The position numbers and the translations under genes are program-made. Of a stretch of 32,000 nt of DNA, positions 27,527 to 32,000 are shown in pieces. Where the stretch lies: the NCBI GenBank assembly GCA_000175855.1, contig ACYB01000046.1, forward strand, positions 120,001 through 152,000. Direction: 5' to 3'. Source of the DNA: Raphidiopsis brookii D9. GTDB lineage: Bacteria > Cyanobacteriota > Cyanobacteriia > Cyanobacteriales > Nostocaceae. Position 1 is the stretch's first letter, and the number at the start of each line of letters is the position of its first letter. Below the pieces are notes generated by a model. It was not told the origin of the DNA. It was given only the letters and a program-made list of their open reading frames with translations, and did no database searches.

Positions 27527-28809
27527 ATGGAAAAGAAGGATTTTCCCAGTATTAAAAAATCGCAATTTTCTAGCACTTTGGGGGGGGGCAAATCTTTTGC
27601 CAATTAGCTGACAAGGTATATCTAGTTCTGATGATTGCTTTAATCAACAGTGAGTTTCAACAAAGGGGTCAAAGTATTAGTGGTTGGGTTTCAGCCCTAA
27701 TGATGATTTTTACCATTCCCGCAGTTTTGTTTGGTTCCGTTGCTGGCGTATTTGTGGACCGCTGGTCAAAAAAAGCTGTACTAGTAGCATCTAATGCTTG
27801 GCGTGGGATTCTAGTTATTACCATTCCCTTTTTAATCTGGTTAACCCATGATTGGCATCCTATAGGCGCTTTGCCAGTAGGTTTTTTAATGATCCTACTG
27901 GTGACCTTTTTGGTTTCTACCTTTACCCAATTTTTTGCCCCTGCAGAACAGGCCACTATTCCTCTAGTGGTGGAAGAACAACATTTACTCTCCGCCAATT
28001 CTCTGTACACAACTACAATGATGGCATCAGTAATTATTGGTTTTGCAGTGGGTGAACCAGTCTTAGTTTTAGCTGATAGTCTCTGGGCAAAATTTGGTGG
28101 TGCTGGTGGACTGGGCAAGGAAATTTTGGTTGGCGGTAGTTATGGTATTGCTGGTATTATTTTACTCTTCATTCAAACTCAGGAAAAACCTCATCCTCCA
28201 GAAACAGAATTTCCCCATCTTTTATCTGACTTGTGGGATGGTTTGAACTACCTCAAGTCCAATCGCAGCATTAAAAATGCTATGTTACAGTTAACCATAT
28301 TATTTTCTGTATTTGCAGCGCTTACTGTTTTAGCAGTTCGCATGGCAGAAATTATCCCCAATTTAAAGGCCTCCCAATTTGGTTTTTTATTGGCCGCAGG
28401 TGGTGTGGGTATTGCTGCTGGTGCTACAATTGTAGGACAGTTCGGTCGCGGTTTTACTTATGGACAGTTGAGTTTGTGGGGTTCCTTGGGAATGTCGGGA
28501 TCTTTGATTGGTCTTGCTATATTCACAAACCAATTATGGCCCGTACTCCTATTCATAGCATCGCTAGGTGTTTTTGGAGCTTTGCTCGGTATCCCCATGC
28601 AAACGACTATTCAAACTGAAACCTCAGCAGAAATGCGTGGTAAAGTGTTTGGACTGCAAAACAACGTGATTAACATTGCTCTAACCCTACCCTTAGCTTT
28701 AGCTGGTATAGCGGAGAACTTTATTGGTTTAAGTTCAGTTTTTTTGCTTTTATCTATCATTGTATTTGGCGGGGGAATAATTACCTGGTATAATTCAAGC
28801 AGTCATTAA
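27527..28809 (+). pseudogene. MFS transporter whose first TM segment is spread over three frames (two single-base indels at C3 and G9 runs; real or sequencing error)
   Basis: The track ORF 27631..28809 lacks the conserved MFS N-terminus. I read ATG 27527 as MEKKDFP (frame 2), then FPVLKNRNFLALWGG (frame 3, 27543-27587), then GGGQIFCQLADKVYLVLMIAL... (frame 1). The junctions are at CCC 27545-27547 and G9 27580-27588. Confidence 0.75.
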
Positions 28810-28904
28810 TTAATAAAAGTTAATTAACAGGTCAAAAACTACAAAGTTTTGTGCTACAATTGAGCCCAAGATAATTTCTGAAGTTTTTCGTAGCCAAATA
28901 AAGA

Positions 28905-30032
28905 ATGCGTATAGCCTGGATTGGAAAAAAATCACCCTTTTGTGGCAATGTTACTTACAGTAGGGAAATTACAAATGGTCTGTTGGACAGGGGACATGAT
29001 GTAAGTTTCTTACACTTTGCCCAGGAAGAATCTGAACCTGATAACTGGCCAAATTTTAAGGAAGTTCCCTTACCATATATTTATAAGTCACAAGTTTACA
29101 CACTTCCCGCTTTCAATGCAACTAAAGTTTTAAAAGACGCGCTACGGGAAATACAACCTCAAATAGTTCATGCTTCCCTAACCTTATCTACCCTTGACTT
29201 TGTTTTACCCGAAATTTGTCAGGAACTAAATATTCCCCTAGTGGCCACTTTCCATACTCCTTTTGCAGGTAAGGGTGCCAAATTGATCTCCGGTACTCAA
29301 TTACTAGCTTACCAGTTATATGCTCCCTTTTTGGACAACTATCACCAGGTGATTGTATTTTCCCAAATTCAAAAAGAATTATTGGTAAAAATGGGAGTTA
29401 GGGAAGCAAAAATTGCTGTTATCCCTAATGGGGTAGATACTGTGAAATACGCTCCTGGTACTTCTAAGGTAAAAGATGAATTTAATGCAGAACGACTATT
29501 TGTTTATCAAGGTCGTCTCGCACCGGAAAAAAACGTCGAGTCCCTACTAAGAGCATGGAAACAGTCAACCATGTCACCTACTAGCAAGCTGTTAATAGTT
29601 GGCGATGGTCCTTTGAGATCTTCACTGGAGCCATTTTATGAATCAGAATATGGTGTTATCTGGTTAGGTTTTGTTGCCAGTGAGGAGCGCCGTATAGAGA
29701 TATTAAGAGGTGCGGATCTATTTATTTTACCTTCTTTAGTCGAAGGCTTGTCTCTATCTTTGTTAGAAGCTATGTCCTGCGGTTTGGCATGTCTTGCCAC
29801 TGATGTAGGTGCAGATGGAGAAGTTTTAGAAAAAGGAGCAGGTGTTGTAATCAGTACAAGATCCGTGCGCTCTCAAATTAGAACTCTTTTACCTTTATTT
29901 CAAGATCATCCAGAGTTAACTGCCCTATTAGGTCAAAAAGCAAGAAAACGCGTCCTGGAAAAATATACTCTCAGTGACAATATAACCAGTTTAGAAAAGC
30001 TTTACCATGGAGTTTTACCAAAAGCTATATAG
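28905..30032 (+). CDS. Glycosyltransferase family 4 (GT-B, group 1)
   Basis: 375 aa. It has MRIAWIGKKSPFCGNVTY..., the C-terminal EX7E region PSLVEGLSLSLLEAMSCGLA, and VYQGRLAPEKN. Confidence 0.88.
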   Translation: MRIAWIGKKSPFCGNVTYSREITNGLLDRGHDVSFLHFAQEESEPDNWPNFKEVPLPYIYKSQVYTLPAFNATKVLKDALREIQPQIVHASLTLSTLDFVLPEICQELNIPLVATFHTPFAGKGAKLISGTQLLAYQLYAPFLDNYHQVIVFSQIQKELLVKMGVREAKIAVIPNGVDTVKYAPGTSKVKDEFNAERLFVYQGRLAPEKNVESLLRAWKQSTMSPTSKLLIVGDGPLRSSLEPFYESEYGVIWLGFVASEERRIEILRGADLFILPSLVEGLSLSLLEAMSCGLACLATDVGADGEVLEKGAGVVISTRSVRSQIRTLLPLFQDHPELTALLGQKARKRVLEKYTLSDNITSLEKLYHGVLPKAI

Positions 30033-30047
30033 TTACCTGTATTTTTT

Positions 30048-31294
30048 CTAGGGACGCTGAATAATGGTTTCCAGTACTCGACGCTTCAATTTAGGATCAA
30101 TAACTACCAATCGTACATATTCACCAGCGTGTTCCAACAAACAAGATTCTAAAGCGGAAACCGCTTGTGGATAATCACTTATATGTAAATTGCCACAAGT
30201 TTGCCAAGATCCCATAGAAAATCGTCTTTTATCAACGTATTCCACAGTGATTTTATGACCCTGGGATAAAACCTGACGAATTTGCTCCTGGGTGTCTAGA
30301 GTTACCAGACTTAAGGGCGGGCTATTTTCTAAAGTTTTATTTGGAACATTTTGGTCATTGTGATCATGATTAGATTGCAAAGTCGGTAATTCTTTGACAG
30401 GGGATTGAGCTTGATAACCCCTGCGATTATATTCAGCAACTAAATGAGAACTTTCCACATGTTTCTGCTCACCTACCATAACATTGCCAGCTTCAATTAA
30501 ATGGAATAGGGTAAACTCAGGTTTTTGGAACTGTGGAGGAGGTTCCATACTATTAACCACCCGCATGGAAACTCTATCATATCCTATTTCATGGATAAAA
30601 TCGCGAATTTGTTCGTCATAGATTCGCGAACGCAATGCACTAAAAAAGTCAATTGACTGATGGGGAAATGTATTAACTAACTGCTCAATTTCCACCGGAG
30701 AAAGTCCATCCTCTGCAAAAATACCTCCCACAATTCCCACCTTATCATCATGGTTAGGTTCCCAGTAAAATTTCTCCATCCTCCCATCTCGAATTAATGG
30801 TGCATAGAGGGTGGAAAAATCATTTCCAGTGACAATAATTGGTACTCGACGAATGGGTTTAGCATCATAACTTCCGGGTAACTGGACATCCGTGGGACTG
30901 TCAGCAATGTTCATTAATGTGGCATTTACCAATTGAGTATTAACAGTGTATTGAGTTCCCTCGTCAAATCTACCGGCACCTGCGTCTAAATCATTAATCA
31001 TCAGCACACACATTTTGCCACGAACCTTAACCAGTTCCGCAGTCTCTCGATAGCGCAGACGAATTAATCTAGCTGGGTCCCCTGCATCTGGACTTTCTAA
31101 TTCCCCTCCGGAAATGAGAGTCACCCCCACACCCATTTTTCAAATGCCAATTCGCACTGAAATGACTTTCCTTCTCCCTTTCTACCATGAATTCCTAAAA
31201 TCAGCGGAACGCGCAGTCCCGCGAGATTGAGAAAGTTTTTAGTGATATGAACGGCTATTTTATCCAAAAACCGGGTAGAGATGTAGTAGGCCAT
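30048..31294 (-). pseudogene. rca: Cyanobacterial Rubisco activase-like AAA+ protein with a C-terminal SSUL (RbcS-like) domain, split by one frameshift after Walker A (real or sequencing error)
   Basis: The 5' fragment from ATG 31294 reads MAYYISTRFLDKIAVHITKNFLNLAGLRVPLILGIHGRKGEGKSFQCELAFEK and stops at 31121-31123. The track ORF (31136..30048) continues with MGVGVTLISGGELES...LMINDLDAGAGR... The C-terminus VEYVDKRRFSMGSWQTCGNLH...YVRLVVIDPKLKRRVLETIIQRP is RbcS-like. The junction is at T5 (31136-31140). Confidence 0.85.
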
Positions 31295-31339
31295 ATTTCG
31301 GGAATTGTTAGAAACCGGTGAATTTCTACCAATTGTACG

Positions 31340-31573
31340 CTATTTTGGCAACCAGTTAGAACTTAAAACCACTGTTAAACCCAGAAAAATTACTGCCAGG
31401 CCCCAAGTAACACGATTGAGTGTATTCTCAGCACTTTTAGTACTGCTAAAAAGTTGAGCTTGTCCACCAATGGCTCCAATACCATCACCCTTGGGACTAT
31501 GTAACAAAACTAAAACAATTAAACCCAAAGCGGAGAAAGCCCAAATTACTTGTAGAATGTTGTTAATGTTCAT
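31340..31573 (-). CDS. secG: Preprotein translocase subunit SecG
   Basis: 77 aa with two TMs and the diagnostic LLHSPKGDGIGAIGG loop. Confidence 0.9.
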   Translation of the reverse strand: MNINNILQVIWAFSALGLIVLVLLHSPKGDGIGAIGGQAQLFSSTKSAENTLNRVTWGLAVIFLGLTVVLSSNWLPK

Positions 31574-31612
31574 AGCTAGTCAAAATGGTGTAAAATTGAA
31601 AATAATGTGATA

Positions 31613-31637
31613 AAAAACCTGCAAGTGCAGGTTTTGT
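31613..31637 (-). terminator. Rho-independent terminator between gpmI and secG
   Basis: Perfect inverted repeat AAAACCTGCA (31615-31624) / TGCAGGTTTT (31627-31636). On the minus strand the stem runs into TTTTTT (plus-strand A-run 31613-31618). Confidence 0.6.
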
Positions 31638-31692
31638 CCCTATTTGCGACTTGGGATCGCTATTACTTGGAAACGCAAAAAGTATAACTTAT

Positions 31693-32000
31693 TTACAATC
31701 CCACCTGTACAGGTCTACGAGAGAATTGTAGATCATATTCAGGCGCTCTCAACAGGGATTTACCGGTCATTTCTGGAGGTTGAGGTAGTTTCAAAATATC
31801 CAGAATAGTGGGAGCAATGTCCGATAGTTTGCCATCATTACGCAAATCAACACTTGCACCATGTGCTGGTATTTTCAGCTTTTCTGCTTCGATTAAAATC
31901 AAGGGAACTGGGTTAGTAGTATGAGCTGTCCAGGGACTGCCATTTTCATCTACCATATACTCAGCATTGCCATGATCAGCTGTAATGATCAATGTACCAC
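31693..32000 (-). CDS. gpmI: 2,3-bisphosphoglycerate-independent phosphoglycerate mutase, C-terminal part (5' end beyond the window)
   Basis: The frame stays open to the window edge: ...[37 protein letters not shown]...[26 protein letters not shown]. This is the canonical iPGM C-terminus. Confidence 0.92.
   Translation of the reverse strand, partial: GTLIITADHGNAEYMVDENGSPWTAHTTNPVPLILIEAEKLKIPAHGASVDLRNDGKLSDIAPTILDILKLPQPPEMTGKSLLRAPEYDLQFSRRPVQVGL

Noticed and set aside
27199-27555. A 118-aa ORF overlapping the recO 3' end, as an independent gene.
   Set aside because: The sequence is low-complexity and polar (rich in S, P, K, E, Q) with no recognisable domain. It overlaps recO by 29 nt and ends inside the disrupted MFS N-terminus. 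It could at most be an N-terminal extension of the MFS gene if a base is missing near 27545-27552. I consider the short MEKKDFP start at 27527 more likely.
5872-31294. Programmed ribosomal frameshifting or transcriptional slippage as the explanation for the split genes.
   Set aside because: The sites show no shared slippery heptamer and no downstream stimulatory structure. The affected families (pyrD, rca, ABC ATPase, MFS, SLH) are not known to use recoding. Sequencing error or mutation is far more parsimonious.

Overview
This 32 kb window looks like a chromosomal segment from an AT-rich, HIP1-rich cyanobacterium. Gene content (psbA, psb32, a Rubisco activase with a C-terminal small-subunit-like domain, and several cyanobacteria/plastid-type DUF proteins) suggests a filamentous, Nostocales-like organism. 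I can support about 37 protein-coding genes, almost all housekeeping or photosynthesis-related: serS, SUI1, psbA, thiE, a HIT protein, comM/yifB-type Mg-chelatase-like ATPase, nth, rseP, isoaspartyl peptidase, pyrD, deoC, recO, secG, gpmI, rca, an MFS transporter, a GT4 glycosyltransferase, an ABC-2/GldG/DUF4340/FemAB-like cluster, and a beta-helix/SLH envelope protein. I found no rRNA, tRNA, CRISPR array, transposase, integrase, phage gene or recognisable defence gene. I do not see convincing evidence for a new multi-gene system. The most unusual signal is that five, possibly six, conserved genes are interrupted by single-base frameshifts, nearly all at short homopolymer runs. This means either homopolymer sequencing/assembly errors or real genome erosion, and the sequence alone cannot decide. 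Secondary observations: several compact regulatory-looking DNA motifs (a GTA-N8-TAC palindrome behind a near-consensus promoter, a perfect 10-bp inverted repeat bracketing a TATAAT, and a four-fold TGGCAAAA motif next to a membrane-anchored HTH protein); two 3 x 11 bp tandem repeats; an unlisted 50-aa DUF2256 ORF; and a possible psbA 5'-UTR antisense RNA. All family names come from reading the translations by eye, with no database search.
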